IMG/VR virus record: IMGVR_UViG_3300020045_006352
Span: 1 to 40,441 of that record
Length of the DNA stretch: 40,441 nt
Origin: a virus
Taxonomy: Duplodnaviria; Caudoviricetes
Strand: one strand, 5' to 3'
The stretch's first letter is position 1. Each line of letters opens with the position of its first letter. The notes beneath the pieces are model-generated. The model ran no database searches. It was not told the origin of the DNA and saw only the letters and a program-made list of their open reading frames with translations. The position numbers were made by a program, and so were the translations under genes. Shown here one piece after another: positions 18,207-27,817 of this stretch.

Positions 18207-18260
18207 GTTGCAAAATGCAACTGATTAGGGTATTTACCGAAAAACCTTGAGGATCGCACA

Positions 18261-20348
18261 TTGTCCGAAGAACAGCCGCTAGATACCGATTTGCAGGAAG
18301 TCCACACGCGGGCACTTCAACGCTTTGACATTATCACCAGCGCTTTGCAGGAAGAGCGTGCGCTTTCTCTTGAAGATCGCCGCTTTGTTTTTATTGCTGG
18401 TGCGCCATGGGAAGGGGACTGGGGCGCGCAGTTTGAAAACACTATCCGTGTCAGCATCAACAAGGTTGCTCGCGGGCATGATAAGATCATCAATGATTAC
18501 CGCGCCAATCGCTTTGTTGTGAATTTCCGCCCTGTAGGGGATAATGCGGATGAGGATACGGCAGAGCTTCTTAACGGGTTGATGTTTGCTGATATGCACC
18601 GATGCAAAGGGCAGCAGGCCCTTGATAATGCTTTTGGCGAAGGCGTGGCCGGTGGCTTTGGCGCATGGCGCTTGTGCAATGAGTATGAGGATGAATACGA
18701 TCCTGAGAATGAAGGCCAAGTCATTGGTATATATCAGATCACCGATGCAGATCAGCGCGTATATTTTGACCTTGATGCAAAGATGTATGACAAATCTGAT
18801 GCGCGATATGCCTATGTGATGCATGGTATGACGCCAGAGGCGTATAAGGAAGAGTATAAGCAGGCGATTGCGACATGGCCGGAAAACCGTGAACAGCCTA
18901 ATTACTTCAATTGGTTTGAACCTGAGATCACGTATATCACGGAATATTATGAGGTTGAGGAAGTCAAGGATACAATCCAGGTATGGATTAACACCCTGAC
19001 ATCTGAAACCAAAAAGATATGGCTGGATAGACTGACTAAGCAGGACATTGCCGATCTTGAAAATGAGAAGTGGATCGTAAAGGCTAGCCGGAAGGTTGAG
19101 CGCAAACGCGTTCACAAATATATCATGAGCGGTGCTGAGGTTCTTGAGGATTGCGGTTATATCGCTGGCTCATGCATACCGATTATTCCGTTCTATGGTC
19201 GTCGCGTGTTTATCGATAATATCGAGCGCTTCAAAGGCCATGTCCGTGACGCGAAAGACCCGCAACGCGTCTACAACGCACAGGTGTCCAAGCTTGTTGA
19301 AACGGCTTCCTTGTCGCCGCGCGAAATACCCATTTTCGCTCCTGACCAGATGGCCGGCCTTGGCGAGCATTGGGCGAACATGAACATTGACCGTAATCCT
19401 TATGCCTTGGCTCACCCGCTAATTGACCCTGCCTCAGGCTCTATTGTGTCGGCCGGCCCCATCGGAAAGATCGAAAGCCCACAGTTATCGCCGGTAATTG
19501 CCGCGCTCATGCAACAGACAGCTTCTGATATTGCAGAAATAACCAGCGCTGACGAGGGGGCCACGCAGGTGCGTTCAAACGTATCTGGCGATGCGATGGA
19601 CATTGCAGCCATGCGAACGGATGAAAAATCATTCATCTACCGCGATAATTTCCGGCTATCCATGCAGCGCTTTGGTGAGGTGTATTATGGCATGGCGCGT
19701 GACGGCGTTTACATTGGTCGTGGCCGCAAGGTGCAGAAGATGAATGAGAGTGGCGCGTCATCTATGGCAGAGCTCGGCGAGCTTGTAACTGATCCTAACA
19801 ACGGTGAAACCCGTATTCGCCATGACCTGACAGTCGGTAAATATGACATCATTGCGGATGTGACAGAGGCGACAGCAACGCGTCGTGATAAGACGGTCAA
19901 GTCCATGCTGAGTATGGCGCAGACGGCTGGTACATTTGGCGACGCAGAACTTGCACAAGCCGGGTTGCTTACGGCCATCCTGAATATGGACGGAGAGGGC
20001 ACTGATAGCCTGCGCGAGTTTGCTCGCAAGAAGGCTGTCGCGATTGGCCTTGAAGATCCAACGGATGAAGAAAAGCAGGCCGCACAGGATCAGCAGCAAG
20101 CTCCAGACCCACAAGCTATGGTTATGCAGGCGCAGGCTAAAGCGCTTATGGCGCAGGCTGATAAGCTGGTGTCCGACGCCACGCAGTCCAAGACTAAAGC
20201 CATCCTCAATATAGCAGACGCGCAAAAGACCATTAACGAGGCTGGGCAGATCGCGGCGCAGGCATTGCCCCAAGTTGTCAGCCCACAGGAAAACATACAA
20301 GAGCCGCCGATGCAAGGCGCGCCATTGCCAACACCGCAGCAACAATAG
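18261..20348 (+). CDS. Portal protein, P22 gp1-like
   Basis: 695 aa after terL; GG.GAWR, IPIIPFYG, G.VR.AKDPQR.YN; Q-rich C-terminal coil. Confidence 0.92.
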   Translation: MSEEQPLDTDLQEVHTRALQRFDIITSALQEERALSLEDRRFVFIAGAPWEGDWGAQFENTIRVSINKVARGHDKIINDYRANRFVVNFRPVGDNADEDTAELLNGLMFADMHRCKGQQALDNAFGEGVAGGFGAWRLCNEYEDEYDPENEGQVIGIYQITDADQRVYFDLDAKMYDKSDARYAYVMHGMTPEAYKEEYKQAIATWPENREQPNYFNWFEPEITYITEYYEVEEVKDTIQVWINTLTSETKKIWLDRLTKQDIADLENEKWIVKASRKVERKRVHKYIMSGAEVLEDCGYIAGSCIPIIPFYGRRVFIDNIERFKGHVRDAKDPQRVYNAQVSKLVETASLSPREIPIFAPDQMAGLGEHWANMNIDRNPYALAHPLIDPASGSIVSAGPIGKIESPQLSPVIAALMQQTASDIAEITSADEGATQVRSNVSGDAMDIAAMRTDEKSFIYRDNFRLSMQRFGEVYYGMARDGVYIGRGRKVQKMNESGASSMAELGELVTDPNNGETRIRHDLTVGKYDIIADVTEATATRRDKTVKSMLSMAQTAGTFGDAELAQAGLLTAILNMDGEGTDSLREFARKKAVAIGLEDPTDEEKQAAQDQQQAPDPQAMVMQAQAKALMAQADKLVSDATQSKTKAILNIADAQKTINEAGQIAAQALPQVVSPQENIQEPPMQGAPLPTPQQQ

Positions 20349-20360
20349 GGAAGATTATTC

Positions 20361-21176
20361 ATGTACGATGAAAACGACGATACACAGCCTTTAGTACTGG
20401 AAGAAGTAGAAGAGACTGAGGCCGATCCACAGGAAGAGGAAGAGGAAGAGCTTCTTGCTGTCCAGTTTGGTGATGAGGAAATTAAGCCAGAGGAAGAGCC
20501 GGAAGAGACCGGCCTTGTAAAGCATTTGCGCGAGCAGTTGCGTGAGCAGTCGCGTGAATTGCGCACTTATCGCAAGCAGGCCCCAGCCGTGCAGGATGAC
20601 CCTGAGCCCGTCATAGGCAAAGAGCCTGATCTTGAGGATTTTGACTATGACACGGAGGCTTATAGGGAGGCTGTACGCAAGCATACGCAAACGGCTATTG
20701 ACCATGAAAAATGGCAGTCGCGACAGGCTGAAAGGCAGCGGGCAACCGAAGCGAAACAGCAGGAAGTGGCGGCTCGCGTTGCAGAGCAGCGGCGCAATCT
20801 CCATGCACCTGATTACGACGCGGTTAAAGATCGGGTGCAGGAAACGCTAAACGACATGCAGATGGGCATCCTCCTGAATGGCGTTGATAACCCGGCTGCT
20901 GTTGTATACGCCTTGGGTAAGCGCCCTGCATTGCTCGACAAGCTGGCAGGTATGGAGAATATCGCCAAATTTGCGGTTGAGCTGGGTAAGGTTGAAAAGG
21001 ATATTAAGCTTGTGAAGAAGTCAACTGCACCAAAGCCTGAGAGCATACCACGTGGATCAGCCCCTATCTCAGGTGGAAGTCATGCCAAGCAGCTGGCTAA
21101 GCTTGAAGCTGAGGCCGCAAAAAGTGGCAATCGTACAGCGCTTATTCGCTACAAAAAAGAGAACAACCTGAACTAG
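20361..21176 (+). CDS. Scaffolding protein
   Basis: Acidic N-terminus, P.LEDFDYD motif, position between portal and coat. Confidence 0.85.
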   Translation: MYDENDDTQPLVLEEVEETEADPQEEEEEELLAVQFGDEEIKPEEEPEETGLVKHLREQLREQSRELRTYRKQAPAVQDDPEPVIGKEPDLEDFDYDTEAYREAVRKHTQTAIDHEKWQSRQAERQRATEAKQQEVAARVAEQRRNLHAPDYDAVKDRVQETLNDMQMGILLNGVDNPAAVVYALGKRPALLDKLAGMENIAKFAVELGKVEKDIKLVKKSTAPKPESIPRGSAPISGGSHAKQLAKLEAEAAKSGNRTALIRYKKENNLN

Positions 21177-21318
21177 TTGCAAAATGAAACTGAATATGCA
21201 ATAACGCACATCATTGCCAAACTTTCAGCATCCACCGGCTGTAACGGTGAGCCAAGGCAATAACATTTCCGGCGATACGCCGCGCTCTTGGCTCATTTGT
21301 TACAGAAAGCTTTAGGTT

Positions 21319-22578
21319 ATGGCTAATTCACTTACTAAACAAGAACTTGTCATGTTTGACAAGGTGGTTGCTGGCTTTGACGATATGCTTGTCATTGCAA
21401 AAGGTGCAACCAATTTCCCCGCTCCATCTGCACAGGATATGTCACGCGCTCGTGACCAATTCTGGATCCCGGCTCCTATGATTGGTCAGTCCTATGATGG
21501 CACTGACGCTACTGGTCACTTTGGTGACGTGACACAGATCAACGTCCCTGTTTCTGTCGGCTTCCATAAGCATAGCGCCAAAGCGTTTTCCACAACTGAT
21601 CTTCGCAACCAGTTTGCGCTTGACCAGTGGGCAACATCGGCAAAGCAGAAGCTGACCAGCGACGTTAATCTTTCTTTGTTCAACACGGTTGCCCTTCAGG
21701 GTGGTCAGTTTGTTAAGCGCTCCAGCGCCGCAACTGGCTATGATGACGTTGCTGAAGCTGATGCCGCTTTCTCGGAAGTCGGTGTCCCTGTTGGCGACCG
21801 CTTGGCGTTCTTTGCGCCTCGCGTCATGAATAGCATGGCCGGCAATCTTGCATCCCGTGCGGAAAATACATCGCGCTCAAAGGACGCATACGAACGCGCA
21901 TTGGTTAACTCCGATGTTGCTGGGTTCCAGGTGTATAAGAATGACCAGTCTGTCAGCCTCGCAGCTGCAACAGGTGGAGCTATTCTTATCAATGGTGCCA
22001 ACCAGCGCACGGTGCCATCTGCCACTTCCACTGCCTCCACAGGTGAAGAAGTCAACCGCGACAATCGCTATACTGATCTTGTTGTTGATGGCGGCACCTA
22101 TGCCAACATCAAGACAGGTGACGCATTTACGATTGCCAACGTCAACAGCGTTCACATGATTACCAAGCAGTCAACCGGTCGCCTCAAGACGTTCCGCGTT
22201 GTTGGTAAGCCTGCTGCAAACACTATCCGCGTTTATCCTGCCATCATCTTTGGTACGACCGATGCGGAAAAGGAATATCAGTCGGTTGACGCTCTTCCTG
22301 CTGATAACGCGCCACTGACATGGCTGAACACCACAACCGCACCTATTTCGCCATTCTTCCGTAAGGAAGCGGTGCTGCTTGTTCCAGGTAGCTTTGAAGT
22401 GGAAAACGGTGCAGGCGTTCTGTCAACCTCGGCTGTAACTGATCTGGGTATCCAGCTTATTTACACCCGCACCACGAACATCAATACCTTGGCACAGTCT
22501 GCCCGTTTCGATATTCGTTGGGGTACTGCCCTGACCAATCCTGAAATGGCAGGCGCGGCAATGTTCGGCCAAGCCTGA
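21319..22578 (+). CDS. Major capsid protein, P22 coat (gp5)-like
   Basis: MANSL start, GDAFTIA.V..V...TK...G.LK.F.V insertion domain, RFD..WG....PE..G ending. Confidence 0.92.
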   Translation: MANSLTKQELVMFDKVVAGFDDMLVIAKGATNFPAPSAQDMSRARDQFWIPAPMIGQSYDGTDATGHFGDVTQINVPVSVGFHKHSAKAFSTTDLRNQFALDQWATSAKQKLTSDVNLSLFNTVALQGGQFVKRSSAATGYDDVAEADAAFSEVGVPVGDRLAFFAPRVMNSMAGNLASRAENTSRSKDAYERALVNSDVAGFQVYKNDQSVSLAAATGGAILINGANQRTVPSATSTASTGEEVNRDNRYTDLVVDGGTYANIKTGDAFTIANVNSVHMITKQSTGRLKTFRVVGKPAANTIRVYPAIIFGTTDAEKEYQSVDALPADNAPLTWLNTTTAPISPFFRKEAVLLVPGSFEVENGAGVLSTSAVTDLGIQLIYTRTTNINTLAQSARFDIRWGTALTNPEMAGAAMFGQA

Positions 22579-22590
22579 TCCTTCCCTACT

Positions 22591-22618
22591 GGCGGGGCCT
22601 GAAAACCCCGCTTTTTTT
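22591..22618 (+). terminator. Rho-independent terminator after coat gene
   Basis: GCGGGG/CCCCGC hairpin followed by T7. Confidence 0.85.
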
Positions 22619-22630
22619 GCAAGGCTGATT

Positions 22631-23347
22631 ATGCAGATTTTACCGCCCAAAGATCCACATGAAACAGTCCGCTATCGTGCAGACTGGGAACGGGAATTGG
22701 GCGGTGATCTGATCGCCACATATACGCTAACCGTCACAAGTGGCCATGCTACGATTGAGCGCTCGTACAATTCGACAACCTATGTTGATTTTTTCATAGC
22801 AGGCGGAACAAATGGATCGACTACCACATTCCGCTTGATCGTCACGACAAACACTGGCCAGATATTCGAGCGTAATTATTCGCTCTATGTGGCAACAGGT
22901 GTTTCCTTCGCTCTTCCCGCGACAACCACCAAAGGCAAGATTGTTGAGCAGGCATTTGTCGAGATTGCTCTGAACGGGTGGGAATATGACATCACACCAG
23001 AGGAAAAAGATATAGCCTTGACGCGCCTTGATGCGCTCATGGCTGAATTGGCTTCAACTGGCGTCTCTCTTGGGTATAACGCGCCTGTCGCCATCGGTTC
23101 TGGCAGCTTGAACGATGCAGCTGGCGTCCCTGATGGGGCCTTCATGGGCATTGCTACGCTTTTAGCGCATCGTCTTTGCTCCAGTATGGGCAAGGCCTTG
23201 AGCAGAGAAAGCCGGGAGACATTGGCGCAGGCAAAGCGCGCTGTCTACGCTTGCGCTACAACGCTTGTCCCACAAAGACGGCTCGCTAGCGGAACCCCTG
23301 TTGGCGCAGGAAACAAACCTTTTGGTTTATCGCCGTTCACTGTATAA
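22631..23347 (+). CDS. Head-completion protein (P22 gp4-like) with extra N-terminal domain
   Basis: TK..IV..AF.EI......D..PEE...AL.RLD.LMA C-terminal part; KDP.E...Y..DW N-terminal part. Confidence 0.75.
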   Translation: MQILPPKDPHETVRYRADWERELGGDLIATYTLTVTSGHATIERSYNSTTYVDFFIAGGTNGSTTTFRLIVTTNTGQIFERNYSLYVATGVSFALPATTTKGKIVEQAFVEIALNGWEYDITPEEKDIALTRLDALMAELASTGVSLGYNAPVAIGSGSLNDAAGVPDGAFMGIATLLAHRLCSSMGKALSRESRETLAQAKRAVYACATTLVPQRRLASGTPVGAGNKPFGLSPFTV

Positions 23348-23356
23348 GGAATTGAC

Positions 23357-23695
23357 ATGCAAGCTATTCGACCTTTTGAGCCAACCAGCAAAGGCACTTT
23401 TTACATTGCCAATGCTCTAGCTGCTTCTGCCCTTGCTGCTTTGCCTGAGAATAGCAATGTGGTGGCGCTCTACAACAGCAGCGACACCGCAACGGCTTTC
23501 TGGCATTGTGCTGCAGCTGGTTCTACAGCGGTTGCTGCATTGCCTACAGCGGGCTCCACCAGTCCGGTAGGTGCCATGCCTATTCCGCCATCGACGTTTG
23601 TACGTGTGTCTGTTCCGTTTGGCGTTAAGAGTTTTTCGGTTATCTCTGACATTGCACACGGCAACCTCTTTATCACTCCCGGCATTGGTAACTAA
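23357..23695 (+). CDS. Hypothetical virion-module protein
   Basis: AAGGA RBS; TAATG overlap with the next gene. Confidence 0.7.
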   Translation: MQAIRPFEPTSKGTFYIANALAASALAALPENSNVVALYNSSDTATAFWHCAAAGSTAVAALPTAGSTSPVGAMPIPPSTFVRVSVPFGVKSFSVISDIAHGNLFITPGIGN

Positions 23696-25086
23696 TGCAG
23701 ATACCTATCCTCTCTGGCATTGTGGCGAATAACAAGGGCGACTTTTTGGCGTCCTATCCTGTAAACCGTGACCCTGTTATCCTTGATACAGGTGTTGCGG
23801 CGGGGTATTTGCGCCCTGCTATGGGGATAGAGCAGATTGGTACAGGTCCGGGGGCTGACAGAGACGGCATAAACTGGAATGGTGTTGCGTACCGTGTTAT
23901 GGGCACAAAGCTTGTGACTATTTCCAGTGCTGGAGCAGTAACGGTCCTTGGTGATGTTGACGCAGGCGGCACCTGCAACCTTGATTACAGCTTTGACAAT
24001 CTCATAATCAACAGCGGTGATCTACTCTATTATTACAATCCCACCGATGGATTGCGCCGTGTCACAGATGAGAATTTGGGCATCGTCAAAGATGTGATCT
24101 ATGTCGATGGATACACCATGACAACGGACGGCACTTTCCTTGTCGTGACCGAATTGAATGACCCTATGGCCGTTGACCCGCTGAAATACGGCTCTTCGGA
24201 AGATGACCCAGATCCCGTTACCGGATTGCTGAAAATGCATGGCGAAGTCTATGCGTTGAACAGATACACAATTCAGCCTTTCCAGAATGTCGGCGGTTCA
24301 GGTTTCCCGTTTCAGGTCGTGAAGTCCGGCACTATTCCTTATGGTTGTGTCGGTTCCAAGGCTAAGGCCAAATACCTTGGAAGCTTTGCATTTGTTGGTG
24401 GGCAGCGTAATGCCGCAATCGGCGTTTATATTGCAGGCGCAGGCGACGCGACCAAGATAAGCACAAGGGATGTGGATGCTGATCTTGCGGTGCTGACAGA
24501 AGAGCAGCAGGCGGCAATCTGGATGGAAGTCCGCAACGAGCGTGACGAGCAGCGCTTGATGATCCATACACCTCTAAGGACATGGGTATTCAGCGCCAAG
24601 GCATCGACTAAAGCCAGTGTGGAAGCATGGACTATCTACAGCACGTCCGTAACATGTGCGGGGCCTTACAAAGGTCGCGGGCTGGTGTATTGCTATGGCC
24701 GGTTCATGGTTGCCGACGATGCTGGGCGCATCGGATACTTGACCGAGAATGACACCATGCATTACGGCGCACCTGTCGGATGGATGTTTGATGTGAAGCT
24801 GATCTACAACGAAAGCGCAAGAGGCATTATCAACAGCCTTGAACTGGTTGGGACGCCGGGGCGTGGCACTGAGGGGCGCATATTCTTTAGCTACACAAAA
24901 GATGGTGTTACATGGAGCATGGAGCGCTCTGTGTCTACCGGCAGGACCGGGCAACGTCAAAAGCGTGTGGCATGGCGTCCCGGCGTTCGGTTTGAGCAAT
25001 ATATAGGATTGCGCTTTCGCGGCTCTGACAGCTCATTGATGGGCATCGCGCGGCTTGAAGGGCGTATTGAGGCGCTTGCAGCATGA
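23695..25086 (+). CDS. Tail hub / DNA stabilisation protein (P22 gp10-like)
   Basis: YPVN..P......GYLR..G, E.DPD, beta-rich, G..G....RV.W. Confidence 0.88.
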   Translation: MQIPILSGIVANNKGDFLASYPVNRDPVILDTGVAAGYLRPAMGIEQIGTGPGADRDGINWNGVAYRVMGTKLVTISSAGAVTVLGDVDAGGTCNLDYSFDNLIINSGDLLYYYNPTDGLRRVTDENLGIVKDVIYVDGYTMTTDGTFLVVTELNDPMAVDPLKYGSSEDDPDPVTGLLKMHGEVYALNRYTIQPFQNVGGSGFPFQVVKSGTIPYGCVGSKAKAKYLGSFAFVGGQRNAAIGVYIAGAGDATKISTRDVDADLAVLTEEQQAAIWMEVRNERDEQRLMIHTPLRTWVFSAKASTKASVEAWTIYSTSVTCAGPYKGRGLVYCYGRFMVADDAGRIGYLTENDTMHYGAPVGWMFDVKLIYNESARGIINSLELVGTPGRGTEGRIFFSYTKDGVTWSMERSVSTGRTGQRQKRVAWRPGVRFEQYIGLRFRGSDSSLMGIARLEGRIEALAA

Positions 25087-25694
25087 ACGTTATTAAAACG
25101 CGCAAGCTGACAAGGCAGCAGATTAGCGAATTTGTCGGCTCGCCTCGTGGCATAAGAGCTTTTGAAGATGCGCAGGAGGACATTGGGGCGCAATATGAGG
25201 CATTGTCCACCGCGCAATTCCTGACGCTCTCTGATAACCCCAATCTCGGCAATGAAAGGGTTTTGACCCTTGATCCCGCCGATCTTGTTGGCGTTACCAG
25301 CGATGCATCGTTCACCGTTTCGCTTGCGGAGCTTGGTGCGGCTGGTGTGTATGGCTCTGCCACGCAAACGCTTGCAGTAACTGTTGATGCAAAAGGCCGT
25401 GTGGCTGAAATAGTGGTGGCGGAGCTTAATACAGATAATATCACTGAGGGTGGCACTAATCTCTATTTCACAGAATCGCGGGCAAGGGCCTCAATATCGG
25501 CTGGCGACAACCTTGCATATGATAGCGTGACGGGTGAAATGTCCATGCCGGGGCCTATAGATGTCACTGGCGAAATACGCGGCGATAGTTTGCAGCTTAA
25601 TGCCACACCCTCTTCATCCAGTGCCACAACCACGCATAAACTGGCAGTGATCCTGAATGGATCGACATATTACCTGCTGTTGTCAAACGTATAG
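25083..25694 (+). CDS. Putative tail needle / short fibre
   Basis: Position of gp26; AG.YGS...VTVD.KGRV and TD.I.EG..NLYFT..RA fibre-type motifs. Confidence 0.6.
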   Translation: MNVIKTRKLTRQQISEFVGSPRGIRAFEDAQEDIGAQYEALSTAQFLTLSDNPNLGNERVLTLDPADLVGVTSDASFTVSLAELGAAGVYGSATQTLAVTVDAKGRVAEIVVAELNTDNITEGGTNLYFTESRARASISAGDNLAYDSVTGEMSMPGPIDVTGEIRGDSLQLNATPSSSSATTTHKLAVILNGSTYYLLLSNV

Positions 25695-25784
25695 CTTGCA
25701 TTTTTTCTAAATAGGTTGCATAAAGCAACTTATCGGCTGTTGCTGCCCGCGCCGGGGCCTCGTTTTGTAAAATGAGGTTGTCTT

Positions 25785-26426
25785 TTGGGCCTTTTCAGTT
25801 CCGTATTAAAAGTTGGCACTTCTTTTTTAGCGGGTAAATCTGCCAAGAAAGCCACAAAGGCAGCGCAGGCGGCGCAATTGGCTGCTATTCAGCAGGCTAT
25901 GGGAACGCTTAATACACAGTATGGGCAGGCTCAAGAGGATTATGCGCCATATCAGGAAGCTGGCGTAGATGGCCTTACACAACTGATGACATTGCTCGGT
26001 CTTTCTGGCGATACCGGCGGCGCAATAGAAGGCCTTAAAAACAATCCTGTCTATCAATCTCTGTTCAACAATGGGCAAAACACGTTGTTAGCCAATGCGT
26101 CAGCGACTGGTGGGTTGCGTGGTGGTAACACCAGTGGAGCGCTTGCCAATTTTGGGCGCGACACTCTGGCAAATGTTTATCAGCAGCAAGTCGGCAACTT
26201 GGGTGGACTGACTACAATGGGATACAACGCCACAAGTGGTTTAAGCAGTTTAGGCGCAAATAATGCCGCCGCCATTGCCGCGCTCTTTGGCCAGCAAGGT
26301 GATGTTAATGCCGGTGCCAGCCTCCAGCGGGGGGCTATTAATTCTAATATGTGGAATACGGTTGGCACCGAACTTGGTAGTATTGCTGATACAATACAAA
26401 CCAAGGGATTAAAGGGGCTTTTTTGA
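25785..26426 (+). CDS. DNA ejection protein (gp7-like)
   Basis: A/G-rich; ASATGGLRGGN...AL motif. Confidence 0.85.
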   Translation: MGLFSSVLKVGTSFLAGKSAKKATKAAQAAQLAAIQQAMGTLNTQYGQAQEDYAPYQEAGVDGLTQLMTLLGLSGDTGGAIEGLKNNPVYQSLFNNGQNTLLANASATGGLRGGNTSGALANFGRDTLANVYQQQVGNLGGLTTMGYNATSGLSSLGANNAAAIAALFGQQGDVNAGASLQRGAINSNMWNTVGTELGSIADTIQTKGLKGLF

Positions 26427-27817
26427 TGGTGTGGGATATTAACCAGATCAACCGTGCTTTTCTTGGTGAGGCTTTGTCCAGTCCGGCTGCAGCTTTTGAT
26501 AAGGGCCGCCTTGCTGCAAAAGAAGAGCGTATTTTCGACGAAAACAGGCAAATGCAGCTTGCAACAGCGCAACGTGCGCGGCAGCTTGAGGCGCAAAAAC
26601 AGCGGGATCAGGCGTATCTTGCGACCAATCCATCGCCACAGGCTTACGCGCAATATTATCTGCGCTATCCTGAGGACAAAGACGCCATAAGCCAAAGTTT
26701 CACGACGCGCTCTGAGGATCAGCAGAAAAGCGATGTGCGTGAAATGGCCGGCATATTCGGGCATCTCACAGCGGGCAATGGTGAGGCCGCACGGCGGACA
26801 CTAAAGCGCCGCATAGAGGCTGATAAAGCCGCCGGGCAGGATGTTTCGGATGATGAGGAAATGCTTGCGAGCATTGAGCAAGGCATCACAACAGGTGATT
26901 ACAAATCACCATTGGGAGCAGTTAGTGCGATTTTGAGCGCTGTAGTGGGCCCCAAAGAGTTCGCAACCACATTTAAGACCATTGGTGAAGAGCAGAGGGC
27001 TAACGAATTGCAGCCAGCGCTTGTGCAGGAAGGCGAGGCCAAGGCTAACAAGGCCACTGTCGAAGCTGCATACACGCCACAGACGATTGAAAGCGAATTG
27101 CAGACAGAAGCAACCAACCGTGAGGTTGCGCGTCAAAACGCGGATGTTGCTGTTGAAAATGCAAAGATCAACTGGGAGCGCCTTAATTTTGATAAGGATA
27201 AGGCCGCGAATGATCTTTCTGTCAAGCTGCAAGAATTGCTGCAAACAGGACAAAAGGTTGAAGGAGCAAGCCTGACTGCCATGAATAAGGCAGCTTCCGA
27301 TGCGGTAGCGGCACAGGCGCAGGCAGATGGCGCAGACGCTCTAGCAGCTCGCTTGCAGGCATCCGGTGCGCGTGGTGGCTTGGGGTCAGCATGGGGCGAA
27401 ACAATCAAGAGCATTACAGGCTCTCAGGATGAGGTTTCGCTTATCCGCGCTCAATATCAGCAGCTTATCAACAGCAGCATTATCAACAATCTTCCTCCAG
27501 GCGTTGCGTCTGACAGGGACATTATGCTTTTTAGCAAAGGTTTCCCAAGCAGCACTGCGCCTGCCGATTATGTTGCCAGCTTTTTGCGTGGAATGGCCAA
27601 GGTACAACGCGCCGCCGCCGACCTGAAAAACAACGAGGCGACATGGATCAGTAACAACGGGACACTGGGCAGCGCAAAAAAGAACATGGTTATCGGCGGC
27701 AAGATGGTGTTGCGCGGCACGTCATATCCTGAGTTTATCAAGTCCAGCAAAAAAGCCGATAGCTCAAAGCAGATACCCCCCGGCCTAGAAGGCACCTTCG
27801 CGACATGGGGGCGCTAA
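26423..27817 (+). CDS. DNA ejection protein (gp20-like)
   Basis: Position; helical A/Q-rich; LPPG.ASD.D.....GFP motif. Confidence 0.75.
   Translation: MMVWDINQINRAFLGEALSSPAAAFDKGRLAAKEERIFDENRQMQLATAQRARQLEAQKQRDQAYLATNPSPQAYAQYYLRYPEDKDAISQSFTTRSEDQQKSDVREMAGIFGHLTAGNGEAARRTLKRRIEADKAAGQDVSDDEEMLASIEQGITTGDYKSPLGAVSAILSAVVGPKEFATTFKTIGEEQRANELQPALVQEGEAKANKATVEAAYTPQTIESELQTEATNREVARQNADVAVENAKINWERLNFDKDKAANDLSVKLQELLQTGQKVEGASLTAMNKAASDAVAAQAQADGADALAARLQASGARGGLGSAWGETIKSITGSQDEVSLIRAQYQQLINSSIINNLPPGVASDRDIMLFSKGFPSSTAPADYVASFLRGMAKVQRAAADLKNNEATWISNNGTLGSAKKNMVIGGKMVLRGTSYPEFIKSSKKADSSKQIPPGLEGTFATWGR

Noticed and set aside
18279-19115. Long antisense ORFs (also 29456-30310, 5869-6480, 958-1224)
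   Set aside because: They overlap well-supported genes or RNA elements and lack recognisable motifs.
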